Source: Macrostomum lignano (Eukaryota). Taken from it: a DNA stretch of 64,000 nucleotides. Positions within the stretch are counted from its first letter, which is position 1. Each line of letters starts with the position of its first letter. Positions 22,651 through 35,686 of the stretch are shown piece after piece. The position numbers and the translations under genes are program-made. The stretch is taken from assembly GCA_002269645.1 (NCBI GenBank), contig NIVC01000099.1, positions 248,001-312,000 of the forward strand, read 5' to 3'. Under the pieces are notes generated by a model. That model saw only the letters and a list, made by a program, of their open reading frames with translations. It searched no databases and was not told the DNA's origin.

Positions 22651-25600
22651 TCTCTGCTCTCTCCTGTCTCATCTCTCTTCTCCTCTCTAATCTCTCCCCT
22701 CTTTCCTTTCATCTCTTGTCCTTCCCCTCTTTCCCCTGTCTTCTCGATTCTCTCCCTCCCCTCCTCTTCACTCACTTCTCTCTCCTTTTGTATCACCTCT
22801 CATCTCTCATCTCTTATTTCTTATCTCTCCTCTTTCCTCTGTCATCTGTCATCTTTACTCTCTTATACTCGTATGCTCTCTCACCTCTCTTCTTTGTACT
22901 CTTCTCTTTCCCCTCTTTTGACTCCTCTCTTTCCTTTCTCCTTTCTCCTTTCTCCTCTTCTCTTCTCTCCCCTCTTCTATACTCTCTCCCTCTCTTGTCT
23001 TCTCTCTTTTCTCTCACTCTCCTCTCTCGTTTCTTATATCGTCTGTTCACTCTCATCGTTGCTCTCTCATTCCCCTCTCTCTTCTGTCATCTCTACTCTC
23101 CTCTCTACTGTGCACTCTTCTCTTTCCCCTCTTCTGACTCCTCTCTTTCCTTACTCCTCTCTTCTCTTCCCTCTTCTATACTCTCTCCCCTCTATTCTCT
23201 TTTCTCGTCTCTCCGCACTCTGCTCTCTCTTCCTTCATCTCTCATCTCTACTCTACTCTCTCATATTTCCTTTCATCTTACTCATCTCTTCAATCTCATA
23301 TCTTTCCTCTCTCCTCCTCTTCCCTTTACTCTATCATCTCTCCTTTGTCCTCTCTTCTTTCTCAACTCTCTCTCATCTCTATCTTCTCTCTTCTCACTCG
23401 TCTCTCCCCCTCTTATCTCCTCTCCTCTATCCTTTCTAATCCCCCCTCTCGATACTCTCATCTCCTCTTTGTTCTCTCATCTCACTCTTCTCTACTCTCC
23501 TCTCTCATCGATCCTCTGTCTCATCTCTCCCCTCTTCTCTCTCCATCTTCTCGCCTCTACTATTTCCTCTTCCTTCTCTCTCCCCTCCTCTTGCTTCTTT
23601 GTCCCATATTCTCTGCTCTCTCCTCAACCTCCTCGTACGTCTCTCCTGTTATCTTCTATATTTTCTTTTATCCCCTCTCGCCCCTCCTCCCTTTCTAATA
23701 GTCTATTTCTTTTCACTCTCATCTGGCCCGTAGCCATGAGCTGGATTCTTTATCTGGCCTTTGAGATAAAAATCTGCCGATCCCTGCTTCGAAAGCCAGT
23801 TTGTGGGACGTAGTACTATCATGGTTGTTATCATTTCCCATGCTTTAATCACGTCATCTTTCTGGTCAATTAGCAGCCCTGAGAGAAATTTGTATATCTC
23901 CAGCTCCACCACCACAGTCTGCAGCAGTCTAACAACCATGGAAATACGCATTTCTTAGGAGGCCATTTAAATTTTAAAGTACCTTATGCGAATCTTAATG
24001 TTAAAATTTTTATGGTGTAACTTATTTAGTAGGATTGCATTGTAATAAGTTATTCATTAATTTTTCGATATTTTTATAAACCATCCCACATCGCCTTGAT
24101 TTGCCATCCTTGTTTAACTGCTGCAGACTTGTCCATTCAGAGGAAAGGAAAGTGGTTTAAAATTGAATCTCTCGCTAAACTGTCTCTCCTCTCCACGCCT
24201 CTCCACTCGCGGGGGTGCAGAGAAGGCTATTAAAAAGTTATTCCAAAACACTGTACATTCGCTATGTACATTCAGTCCTATCGCCTGACCCTTCGTCTGA
24301 GCTGGGGGAATGAGTGAGTGAGCGGCACAAACAACAGAAAAAGCAGACAAACTTCACATGCTTACAGTTTCTGTCCTGATTGAGATACAGAGTTGAGACT
24401 TTACATGTAGGCAGAGAATGAGTCAATAAAGAATTGTGTCAAATTTGAAGTCAATCGCTTTATTTGGAGCAAACTTATGGCAGCTGAAAGTTAGTCAATT
24501 TTGAAACCCTTTTACACATCTGGGCCCAGATCGGGATCGAGAAAGAGAGGCAGGCGGGCGGAGGTTGGGGTGGTTGCTACGCTGAAAAAAGCAGCCTAAC
24601 TTTAAAAGTGCACCGCGCCGTTCAGGATTAACTTTGAAACTCGAAATTTTACATGATTGTTCCAAAATAGTTGAAGATTATCTGTGTCAAATTTGAAGAG
24701 AATCGGTAAAAGTGGAACGGCGCTATGGAGGATTTAGTGAAAAAATCGCGCATTTTGAGCAGTTTTTTGTACTTTTAGGTAGGAAGACTCAAATTTAGGA
24801 AATTTAAAGGTAGCCTAAGACATTCTCCGTAGTGAGTTTAGGGTGGGTGTAAAATTTGGTGTCATTTGGTTGAGCGGTTTGGGAGTCCATAGCGATCAAA
24901 ATTGTCCACACACAGACAGACACACATACACACACACACAGTTTTGATTTTTATATGTAGAGATGTTTGTTAACAAACTTTGCACTTTAAATTAGTATGA
25001 ATTTTTGTGAGTTATGCGATTTTAGAAAAACTTAGAAACCATTTATCTTTTGAGTAAAATAAAAAGTAAAACACAGAAGACTTTCTGTTTTGTAAGTAGT
25101 AAAAAATTAGCCTTCTCTAAGGTCTATGAGTCTTAAAATTGACTGTTTGCATTTTCGCATTTAAGAACTTTGTTTTTGCAGGAAAAGTATTAAAAATGAC
25201 TAAACAAATAACTTTTATACTGTCTTGCACTAATAAAAAAGTAAAACAAAAAATTGCAAATAAGTCAACTTAGACTTTTAAATTCTTTTTATGGTTTTTT
25301 TACTTGTTTATTAAATGATGTAAAGCATAAAAAGTTTTTTTTCTAGAAATTTCTAAAGACTTATTTGTCTTTCAAAAAGCTTTTTTAAATATATTGTCAT
25401 TACCCTCTATTGAATGTCCACAGATTTTACCATTTTATCCCACATTTTTAGATTTTGCCTCTTATAACTAGGGTGAAGCATAATCAACTGAACATAAAAG
25501 TATCATTTTTCGACCTTCTTTTTTGCATAGCAAAAAAGTTTTATATGTAGTGAAATAAAACTACCCAGAAGTTGTTTAGAACATTTTTTCTTTTAAATGA

Positions 25601-27409
25601 ATGGTCGCTTTACTTTATTGCACAAGTAGAAAAAAAGCTATTGATGATTTTATTTCAAAACTGATCGATGATTCTAGGGTATCTTCAAACCGAACAGGGT
25701 ATCTGACATTTGGTTTTTGTGTTTGAACACTAATAACTTTTTTATTTCTTGTTTGTTTCTTCTGAAATATATATCAATGTAAAGATTAATTCATACTCTT
25801 TCTAAAAAGTATAACTTTTGCACAGATAGATGTAGAAAAATATTGTTTATCTGCATTTGAATATAGTACCCCCCCATTGAACAGAAAAATCATGAATTTT
25901 TACTTTTTTTGCCATTTCCTTATACTATTTCATGCTAAATTGATAAAAAGCTATGTTTTCTACTTATTTTAGACTGTTGAATCAGAAAAGCATTAAAGAA
26001 TTAAAAAAAACCACAAGTTCTTTAAAGCAGAGCTGATACTTTGCCCATTTCGGAGTTCTTCTGAAGGACCTACTAATGTTTTAGCTTTAAACATAGGCAT
26101 TTATTTTGCCATTATTACCTTGTTTTTGAAAGAAAAAGGTACCTCTAGTATACTTTCAACCTTTTTTACCATATAGTTAATATATTTTCAAAAGTTAAAG
26201 AAGAAGAAGAAAGAAAAGTAAAAGATTGTAAAAAATGATTTTTTGCAAACAAATTCTTAGAATTTTTTATTTTATTTTTTCTCATCATACTCGCATATTT
26301 TTACTTCAAGTAGTCGCATGCAAGATGTTGAAAAAATGCTGTAAATTCGCAAATACAAGAAAAATCTTTGGTTTTGAAGATTTTTCTGTTTGGTTGATGA
26401 TCCCGAGAACTGGAAACCAAACTGAACAGTCAATTTGGTATCATTAACTATCTCATTTTGTAGATTAGAATGTCTTCTTTCAAATGATATATAACTTTTA
26501 TAGACTTCTAAAATATATTCCCCATGAGACAGTAAAAACAAAAGTCACTTGCATGTTTGGTTTTGAAGATCCCTTGTTCAGTTGATGATGCTTTACCCTA
26601 TATCTAGAAAATTGTCTAAAAACCTTATTATCTTATAATGTTCCATGATATAGCTCTAGCAAATATATACAAATTCAATAACAAACAAATTTGATAACAA
26701 AAATTAACACAGACAAATTTGGCAACAAACTAAGCAAATTTGCAACACATCTTTTTATAGCTAAAGACAAGTTCAAACAAATTATGTGTAATAAAGGCTT
26801 TCTTAATGTTTATAAAAGTTTATAAATATGAAATAATTTCTATAAACATGTTAAAATAACCAAAAAAGTGTGTTGTTAAATTTGACATCCTGCATTCCAT
26901 GTATGAAATTAGGACATCCTGTGTTATTATTATTATTAGAATAAATAAGTAAATAAGATAATCTAGTATACATTATAATAAGTTATACTAAATTAGTATA
27001 GTAATACTAAATAAAATACATTTTTATAAATTATTCTAAATAGTAATTCATACGCTTGTCTTACCTTAATATCTAGCAAGTTTAGCTTTCCAGTATAAAT
27101 ATACATAAGTAGATAATAAAATGACTTCCCATTAATATCTTTAAGCTCAACTTCAAATGATTGACTCTCTGATAATCCACTAAAAAACAAAGCCCTAAAG
27201 TATTCAGATCGACATGCAAGAATAATTTTGTGCACATGAAAAATTTCACCATCAACAATCAGCTTCACATCAGTAAAGTCATCACTGCTAAATAAATTTC
27301 CAATGTCCTTTGATATTTGACCTGTATGATCAACTTCCTTGGGAACATGATCATACTGACCTGGATTGCAAGACTTAGTTGCTGTAAGAAAATGTTTGTC
27401 CGCCGACAT
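15245..27409 (-). CDS. BTBD9: BTB/POZ domain-containing protein 9 (6 exons, ~705 aa)
   Basis: Exons 27409-27065, 19965-19732, 19534-19256, 18040-17753, 17309-16869, 15775-15245; all phase 0 GT-AG. BTB (HKIILACRSEYFRALF), BACK, and repeated discoidin-like motifs (LLDGDTVNYDLDRGFTRHPIDD; NALINGDTKNYDWDSGYTCHQLG; CRSWQ..F..YIRIVGTHNTVN). The exon 2/3 junction is least certain. Confidence 0.93.
15820..16790 (-). repeat. 27-bp minisatellite (GTGTACACCATAGAATTCCTATCACAG)n in BTBD9 intron 5, ~35 copies
   Basis: Read directly; source of the VYTIEFLSQ-type spurious ORFs. Confidence 0.97.
17355..17665 (-). repeat. ~26-bp minisatellite (ATATAGCTGCTATACTGAGGTGAGTC)n in BTBD9 intron 4, ~12 copies
   Basis: Read directly. 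Confidence 0.95.
18058..19210 (+). repeat. Degenerate ~17-20-bp minisatellite (GTGATGATTAGAATCCTCAG)n with higher-order blocks, BTBD9 intron 3
   Basis: Read directly; the block CTCGTG(C/T)AATGGCTAGAATCCACAGGTGATGCTCAGAGTCATC recurs periodically. Confidence 0.95.
20484..21733 (+). mobile_element. Full-length defective mariner (1250 bp) in BTBD9 intron 1
   Basis: TA-flanked TIRs TT(C/T)(A/G)GTTGGGGAGAAAGTTCCC(G/A)C(A/G)GTTTCTAGAACTTTCTGTC; transposase 20644-21665 with frameshifts and stops; motifs IVIGNEKW, LYDNARPH, HPPYSPDLAPSDYHLF. Confidence 0.95.
22150..23700 (+). repeat. Degenerate (CT)-rich polypyrimidine tract, ~1.5 kb, with pure (CT)n core near 22590-22645
   Basis: Read directly; the L/S-rich ORFs are artefacts. 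Confidence 0.95.
24390..24964 (+). mobile_element. Possible non-autonomous Helitron-like element (3' part)
   Basis: Repeated TGTGTCAAATTTGAAG..AATCG motifs, then CGGTTT..., a (CA/CAGA)n microsatellite and terminus TTTTTATATGTAGAGAT, an architecture typical of invertebrate non-autonomous Helitrons. 5' end not defined. Confidence 0.4.
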
Positions 27410-27977
27410 ATTACTATTAACACCCACTTGTGGGCTGATAGAACTAAAAAGCTATTTTCAGGACTTCACTAGTTTTAAAATTATGCAAAATACTATTAGC
27501 AGCCATAGAGGAATTCGACTAGTGAATAAATACGACGCCGCCACCAAAACGAATTTACTTTTTTTGTTGATTATCCGTAGTGTAATCTTGACACTGTATT
27601 CAAAGATCCATATATAAAGACTTAGTTTGCATTAAATAGTTTTATACAGAATATTAACTTCTAGTTTAAAAAATACTTATTTGTTTTAATACTTAACTAG
27701 GCTTATATAGCAAACGTAAATACGTTAAAACAAAAAATACAAAAAACTTTGCTTACTAAGCATTAAACTCACCGCTTTAGTATAAAAATAAGACATATTT
27801 TTACTACATTAATTTTTCAGGCAAAAATCACAAACGTTAAAAATAACATTCGATTACCCATTAGGACAACATTAATGACCTGATTCAATAGTTCAATAGT
27901 TGCTCCTCGGACTCGGACTGTTGTCGCTACAATTTTTTTCTTTACTTGATATCATTCAAAGCGCAAACAATAGTAAA
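27410..27977. promoter_or_regulatory. Putative bidirectional promoter between BTBD9 and REEP5
   Basis: Divergent start codons 568 bp apart; no specific core motif assigned. Confidence 0.65.
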
Positions 27978-30900
27978 ATGGAGTATGTAAACAAGCTTGA
28001 AGAGTTTCTTAAAAAGGATAATATAGTAGCACAGGGTTTTGGGAAACTCGAAGAGAAGTCAGGGGTCAACAGAAAGTTTTTTGCGCTGGGTAAGTCTTAA
28101 TTTTTTTTGTTTAGAATTACGTAACTTATTTTTGCCTCAATTAAGTAGCTACGACTTTTTTCGAAGGGCTAGTTAGGTCCTTTTTATGGGGTCTAGGCCC
28201 CTATAGCTTAATCATAAATGTCCATATGTGAATTAATGTATATTGTATCATTCCATAGTCTGGAAGGTGGCCTTTATGCCAGAAAATTAAAATTCTGGTG
28301 TATTTTTGCGCTTGTTGACAATCTTGCTGTACACTTGGCATATAGAATTTTCAGGTTCAACATGAAGTGTACACAGTTGGCATACAAAAAAATAGCTAAA
28401 TAGCCAAATTAGGTTAGGGCTAATGTAATGTAGTTAATATCAACCAACAAAAGCTGTATAAAAATTTTTGGAAACTAAAATAGAAAATATTAATGCATTT
28501 TATGCAAAAACAATATTAAAACAAAGACTATTACTAATAGTATTAGTATTAGTTGTTACTAAAAAACAGCCATTTTAGAATTCGAAGAGCTTGCGTGCAC
28601 GGCCGCCGTTCACGTAAGCTCAGAATTGCGTGCACGGCAGAGCTATATCTTATAGGCTTATACAGTAAGTCATATACTATTCAAATTAATATTCAAGTTA
28701 ACAAAAAAACAATTAATTAAGATTACATTTGCAGTCCATGGTGTACGGGGGATAAAACATTATAAAACAATATAGTAAAAATATTTTTTAATTAGGTTTG
28801 CCACCATAGTCAGGAAGGTGGCAGTTTGGTCGGAAAATTCCGGCGCACACAAGCCCTTTTTGGGCACACAACGGCGCACAGCGGCGCACAGCGGTGCGCC
28901 ACAACAGCGCACAGCGGCGCACTGGCGCACAGCGGCGCACAACGGCGCACACCAGAGGACACCGGCGCATGGCGGCGCGGCGCGGCGGGCGCCGCGCCAC
29001 ATGCAGCGTTACCCTTGTGGCGATCCCATGTAACGATGTAAGTCGTTACTTGTTACAGTACACTATTCACTGTTCTATCTAATGTAACACTGCATTCTAC
29101 CAAAAAATAAAAAATAAAATAAAATATTTTCCTTTTCCTTTTTACCTTTGTTTTTGCCATTTGCTTACTTTTTATGTTTGTTTTGTTTTAAAAATTAGAA
29201 ATTAAATTAAAAATTTTTTAAATTTCTATTTTCGGTTTAACGATCTCAATTTCTCATAATATAGATAGCCCGTAACCGTCCCGTATTAACCATTATATTC
29301 TCTTGTCTCGTGACTCGACTCTCGTGTAACGTTTATTGAAAATATTGGTGCACAAAAATTGTTGCTATGTTGTAAAAAAAGGTCTTTTATTGTCGCAAGG
29401 CAGGTAGTGGCGGGCGCACAACGGCGCACACGAGGGTTTTTGTGTCGGCGCACGGCGCACAATTTTGGGAGAGGCCAAAATTTGTTCCGGCGCACACTCT
29501 GCCACCTTCCTGACTATGGGTTTGCCAATGCCAATGCGTGGATTTAAGGGCCCCAGTCCCGGCCAATTGCCGGCTGCCGTGCACGCAATTACAACACTAG
29601 GTGTACGGCTGCATACATGCAAATAAAGCACTAGGTAGATAGCCGCCGTGCACGCAATTCTGAGCTTACGTGAACGGCTGCCGTGCACGCAAGCTCTTCG
29701 TTTAGAATTTTCATTCCAGCATATGCCTCCATAGTCCGGATTATGCTGGGTGCACGCCCAAAAAAAATTAAAAAAATACAAATGCATGCCAAAAAAAATT
29801 AGTGCGCACCCATTCTCAAAAATACGCCGGTGTTGCGACGATAAATGAATGTTGTGACAATAAAAGACCTTTTTTAAATTTCGTAATAGACCCTTATTAT
29901 TAGATAATTTTTGTTGCTTTTAAGGCTTTTTGGGCGATACTATTTACAGCGGAAAGTTTATACATGCAAAGATTTGTTTAAATACTCTCTTACAAGCTGG
30001 AAAAAACTGGAAAGCTTGAAATTTGCACCTAAAAAAGAACTTTTTTCATCTTTTTTCTACTTTACAATAACTCTTACACATTATTCTATAAAGTGCATGC
30101 CAGATGTGCATGCATACTTTTTTCTTAGGAGTGATGCATGCCAACTGTGCACGCCTAATTTTGGCGTGCAAGGCCAATGCATGCCCGAATTTTCGGGCGT
30201 ATACTACATGATCCGGAGTGTGGATATGCCTATCTACCAGGATGGAATCTTTGCATGACGAGTTTGGAACAAAAAGTTGCGCGTAATTTTTTTGCACAAG
30301 TTTTTTACCTGTGAATACGCCGTTTTTTTTGCCACTTGAATTTCTTAGCATTTTTTATGATGTTTTATTAAAGTTTAAATAAGTCTTTAAAAATATAAAT
30401 GATTTTATTATTTTTTAGTTTAATGTATTTCCCAGTAGCTTTGTTTTTAAATTTGCAATAACTTTGTTTTACTGTAACAAGTGCAATATTCAAAATTAAA
30501 ATGAAATTATACAAGATTATTAAAAATTTCTTAGAATATTAAGTTGTGCGCACATAAGCTTTTTAAAGTTGCGCAAGTTTGCTAGAAATGTGCGCGCAAG
30601 TGCGCAAGTTTTTGTTAGCGCGCATGGAATGCGTCCAGGATTTTGTACAAAAATTCCATCCTGGCCTATCTACCTACTATATGATATAACATTTTGCATG
30701 CTTCTTTTTTCAAAAAAATTATTGATTTCAATTAATAATTTTTTATCTTCATTAATGCTATTTTTCTATGTACTACTATAATGGTTGTTTTTTTATATTA
30801 CAGTTATGCTAGACTCTAGATAGTATACATGTACGCTGGAAAATCCGGCGTATAGAGGGATCTATAATATACCATTTATATACAACTTGGTATACAAAGG

Positions 30901-33900
30901 GGCTTGGCATGCCTTCTTGGCGTAGGCCTATAGCTTGGCATATAGAAATTGTTGAGATAGCAGGTGGGACCAAAAGTTCCAAGTCCCCATCAATCTATGC
31001 AATTTGTCTACAAAAATGATTAAGTTTATATTTGGCATAGTCTCCATGTATATATTGTTACAAAAGCTAAATTTTAATCAGAAAGAATAGCTGGCCCTTT
31101 AGGAAAAAACAGATTCAAACTAAATTTAAAAACCCAGATTTAACTTTTCTAAGATTAAGATTTAAGAAGTTAGAAGTAGCAAAAATAGTAAAAATGAACT
31201 ATTTCTACATAGTTTAATCAAAAAATTACCAGTTTAAACATATTAATTTTTTAAATATCAAAATTTTGCAAGCTCTTAATATTAGTCATAAGTTGTATTT
31301 TTATTTTGGTGTATTTTTGTATGCAATAAAAAGTTCGTTGTTGTACCATTGGCATGCATGAGCTACGGAAGCAGTTTTCATTCTGGCGTACAATGGTATA
31401 CAATCCTGACCCTGGCAGATATGGTTATGGCAAGTTATGGTTATAGACATTTTTAGCCCTATAATGATAAGAAAATTTGGTTACAGAAGTTGTTTATTTT
31501 TTACAGCTATGGTTATAGTTATGGCAATCAAATTTTGTGATGGCAGAACACTACTTTGTATGCCAGAAACTTTGTATGCCAGAATTTTCTATATTTTAAT
31601 TTTCTGGCATACATGTATACTATCCGAATTCTAGATTGACCACTTTGCATATATTTGCAGTTTGTAAATTAAAAAAACTGATAACTTAGCTGATAGCTAT
31701 TTTATGTACATAAAAGTGCAAATTATGGATCAGGGGTGATGGTATAGTAATTTTCAGTTCTAGTTATTACATTGCACTTTGAAATCCTATTGTAATGGAA
31801 TGGTATAGGACCAAGATAGCCACAAGTTGGCAATATTGAATCTTTATTATATCTAGGCCTATTCTCTCTACTTTTAATTAGCAACTTAATAGCTTATAGC
31901 TATTTATTATATTAATTATTATATTTAATCAATAATTAATAAATATTAATGCAATAATAGTTTTAAAACTAATTAGGCCTACCCATAATACAAAAATTCA
32001 TTCTAAGTTTTGAATGTCTGTGCCAATTTATTCCCTATCATTATATCTATATAGCACTTAATAAAACGACATTTTACTAATAAAATAATAAGCTAGTCTT
32101 CGTAGAGTTTGTCTTCTTTTATTTTTACTTTTTTTCTAAAATATAATAACAAAAAAACAACAAGGTACTGCTCCCACCAGCCATGCAGTAGCCAGAAAGG
32201 GGGAGCAGTCAGGAAATGCATCTCTGGGCCATCACCCTCAAGAAGTCACATCCCCCTGCTTGGTCCAGGGCACCAGCGCTGCATTGCATTCCTGGTAGCA
32301 TCTTAGTAATTGATCTCGGCCAGCAAGTTGGAGGGCACTGTGAACACTACTGTCTTCTACGTATTAGCTTGAGGCCATCATGTTTTATATTTTATTAGTA
32401 TATTTATTATATTTATATTTATATTATATTATCATGTTTCATGTTTTATATTCTTAAATAAAAAAGTAAAAACTAAGTAAAAGTAAATAAAAAAGTAAAT
32501 ATGTATTGGCACAGTATGTATGTAAGAAAAAAAGTATTTTCTAAATTTCTTCCATTGAAGCTTAGTAAAATGCAATCTTCCAAACTTTTATGGAATTTGT
32601 ATGTTACCACAATACTACTACAATTAATACTACCATATATGCTTAACCCCCTGATTTACACTTGCTATGCTACTTATTTTATGACCAAAAATGCAACTTA
32701 CCTATGAAAGAAACCTTGAAGCAAAAATTGATGCAATTTTAGGTAAATGACATGAGTAACTATGACTGTATTAAATGTCTTGTCATCTAGTTAATAGTAA
32801 ATCCATATTTTGAGGTGGACATTTCTGCAATTTACCTTGGCTAGGCCCCTTGCCAGCTAGCTGGATTGGCTAGGTGTTGTGCACATATGACTACCACTAT
32901 ATCAGAGAATAAAAAATTTACTTAGAACTTACAATTAGGTTTTTTTATTAAATTTTACCTGAAAAAAATTGTTAAGGTTAAATTGACTAACAATATAGTA
33001 TATTGAAGATCAATGAATTGATAAATAAACTTACATTAAATGCAAATATTTTATTGCAGACAAACTCTACAAAATATACATTGTCTATAGTAACAAAATA
33101 ATAAACAAGCTCTTAAAAATTGTCAGAATATATTGTAATAGTATATAATATACTAATATAGGAAGCCTTAAGTTAATACTTATATTCTAAGAGCATTTGT
33201 ATTATTTTTATAGTTATTTTAGTCTTTATTTTATTCAACATTGTAACAAATCATTTCTTTGGAGAAAAGACTATACATATATAATTTGTGTTTTTTATAG
33301 ATGTTTTAACTTTTTGAACTAAAAATAGATTTATAGCTTTATTGCTAATAAACTGCCAAAAAATGTTTGCAAAATATATTTAAAAAATACAGAAATACAT
33401 TTGTTACTACGAGGGTTGTTTGGAAAATCCGCGATCAAACGTGTCTAACAGTTTAACGGATTGAACAAATGTAATGCTACTCTTCCTGCTTCTCAACATA
33501 GGCACCCTTGAGGCTTATGCACTTGTGCCACCTCTCAGGCAACTTCTCAATGCCAGTAGCATAGAAATTGGCAGGTGACCCCCTGACCCACTGGCTGATA
33601 ACCAATGCCAGGGTCTGTAGAGAGCTGTACTGGTGACCTTGGAGGGTTTTTTCATCACTCTGAACAGCCAGAAGTCACTGGGTGCGAGGTCCAGCGAGTA
33701 GGGCGGGTGTGGCAGCAACCTCGAAGCCCAGGTCCGAAATGGCAGCCATTGTTGCCTGGCTGGTGTGCGGCCTGGCATTGTTGTGCTGAAGCAGGATGCC
33801 ACGGCTCAGCTTGCCACGCCGCTGGGCCTTGATGGCTTCATGCAACTTCTGCAGGACTTGGATATAGTACTCACTATTTATTGTGGCACCACGAGGAAGC

Positions 33901-35686
33901 CATTCGATGAGCAGAATAACCTCCTTGTCCTAGAAGATGGTGGCCATTTGCTTGCCAGCTGAAGGTGCAGTCAGGGCCTTGACAGGTGTGGGCTCATGGC
34001 TGGCCTTCCACACACTGCTCTGCATCTTGGACTCTGGCTCACTATAATGAAACCAGGATTCATCCCTAGTCACAATCCGGTCCAAAAAGTTGGGATCACA
34101 GCGATATGACTGGAAGAGCTGCCGACACACCTGGACCCGCTCTCGCTGCTGCTGGTCAGTCAGAAGTTTCGGGACCCAACGAGCAACAATGCGTGACATA
34201 CCGAGCTCAACCGTCAGGATTGAATGAATGGCCGTTGATGAGATGCCAGTAATGGTTGACAACTCTCGCACTGTAGCTCAGCGGTCAACATCCAGAGCAC
34301 GACGCACAAGCTCGATGTTTGACCTGTTGACCATGGTGGCAGGCCAGCCATTCCATGGAAGGTCATCGACTGTCTCCCAGCTGTCTTCAAAATGCTGCAC
34401 CCACTCGTTGACCATTGTTTTTGATGGTGCACATTTGCCATACGTTGCTTGCAACTCGCAAAGAATTTCTGCCTGTTGCTTTCCTTGTTTCCACAAAAAC
34501 CAAATGACACTTCGCTTTGCTTCTTCGTTATTCAGCATAGTGATGGAATTCGTGTGTGACTAAAAGCACTGCAAGAAGGAAATTCCAGGCTCAAACAAGA
34601 CCACTCTTGATTTAAAACATTCAGGCTATGATATTTGTCTATGGTATAAAGTTTCAAGACAAAGTAGTGACTCAAAAAAAATTTTGGCATTGGCTATAAT
34701 AAAAATATTCTTGTGCAATCTGTTTATATATTTGAGGCCTTGGCTGACTTTTTTTAGAAATCTGTTATCCCCAATTCCTAGATTGACTCTATATTAGTAA
34801 TGGAAATAAGAGCATATATATTAGTTAAATAAAAAGTTCCATACAAAATATTTATAAAAAACAGCTTGAAAAAATAATGATCATGAATCATGTTTACTCA
34901 ATATGGGCATGCTCTGCCACCACTGTGGCCTCCAGACAGTGTCAAAAGACAGTACAAGCTTTTGCAAGCTTCTTTTTGTCCATGATGGTCATTGCAGTGT
35001 GAATAGCCTTGAGTTGACCATTCTCTCAGTGTGGATGGTTCCAGTAAACTGTCTTATCAAATAGTCCTTGTCAAATCTCATTAACAAATCCCTCATGTCG
35101 CCTGACCCAGGCCTGATTGGCTTCCTGGCCCTCTACCTGATGTTTGGCTATGGGGCCCAGTTCCTGGCCAACTTCATCGGCTTCCTGTACCCGGCCTACG
35201 CCTCCGTCAAGGCTATCGAATCGCCCGCCAAGGACGACGACACCAAGTGGCTCACCTACTGGGTTGTTTACGCCGCCTTCGGCCTGTTGGAGACGTTCAC
35301 GGACATCCTGCTGTTCTGGATTCCGCTGTACGCCTTCCTCAAGTGCGCCCTGCTCATCTACCTGATGGCGCCCATCGCCGCTAACGGGTCCGTGACCATC
35401 TACTACCGCCTGATCCGCCCGTTGGTGCTCAAGCACCAGGCCCGCATCGATAGCGCCCTTGGCGAGGCCCAGTCGGCCGCCTCCCAGCTCGCTAAAGAGG
35501 GTGAGCAGTTACTCAGTTTTCATGTGTATTATTGGTATTGATAGCTCGAAATCGTCTCAAGTCGAGACTGGGATCTCATTCGTCCCAGAGATATGAAATC
35601 CCCCATATTTGCCGATTTCCGCAGCCACCGCTGAGGCTGTCCGTCACGGCGGGGACTACGCTCTCTCTGGCAGCAAGGACGACTGA
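27978..35686 (+). CDS. REEP5: REEP5/DP1/Yop1 (TB2/DP1/HVA22 family) ER-shaping protein (3 exons)
   Basis: Exons 27978-28089 ([27 protein letters not shown]|GTAAGT), 35111-35500 and 35625-35686; both introns phase 1. Motifs [25 protein letters not shown] and [11 protein letters not shown]. Confidence 0.9.
28583..29700. mobile_element. Mutator-like non-autonomous element, ~70-bp TIR, 9-bp TSD
   Basis: TIR CGAAGAGCTTGCGTGCACGGC..GTTCACGTAAGCTCAGAATTGCGTGCACGGC; TSD TTTAGAATT at 28574-28582 and 29701-29709. Confidence 0.8.
28804..29519. mobile_element. hAT-type MITE nested in the Mutator-like element
   Basis: TIR CCATAGTCAGGAAGGTGGCAG; 8-bp TSD GTTTGCCA (28796-28803 and 29520-29527); subterminal GGCGCAC repeats. 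Confidence 0.82.
29729..30223. mobile_element. Second hAT-type MITE (495 bp)
   Basis: Imperfect TIR CCA(T/C)A(G/C)TCCGGAT(T/C)ATG; 8-bp TSD ATATGCCT (29721-29728 and 30224-30231). Confidence 0.72.
33410..34560 (-). mobile_element. Defective mariner in REEP5 intron 1
   Basis: TA+CGAGGGTTGTTTGG terminus at 33408; transposase fragments 34538->33515 with [37 protein letters not shown]; stops and frameshifts; other TIR not found. Confidence 0.9.

Noticed and set aside
22066-23813. 457- and 536-aa Leu/Ser-rich ORFs (also 55314-56432)
   Set aside because: Translation of CT/GA low-complexity DNA.
26993-27427. ORF-track start at 27427 and read-through to 26993
   Set aside because: First ATG is at 27409 and homology stops at the AAG|GTAAGA donor at 27065.
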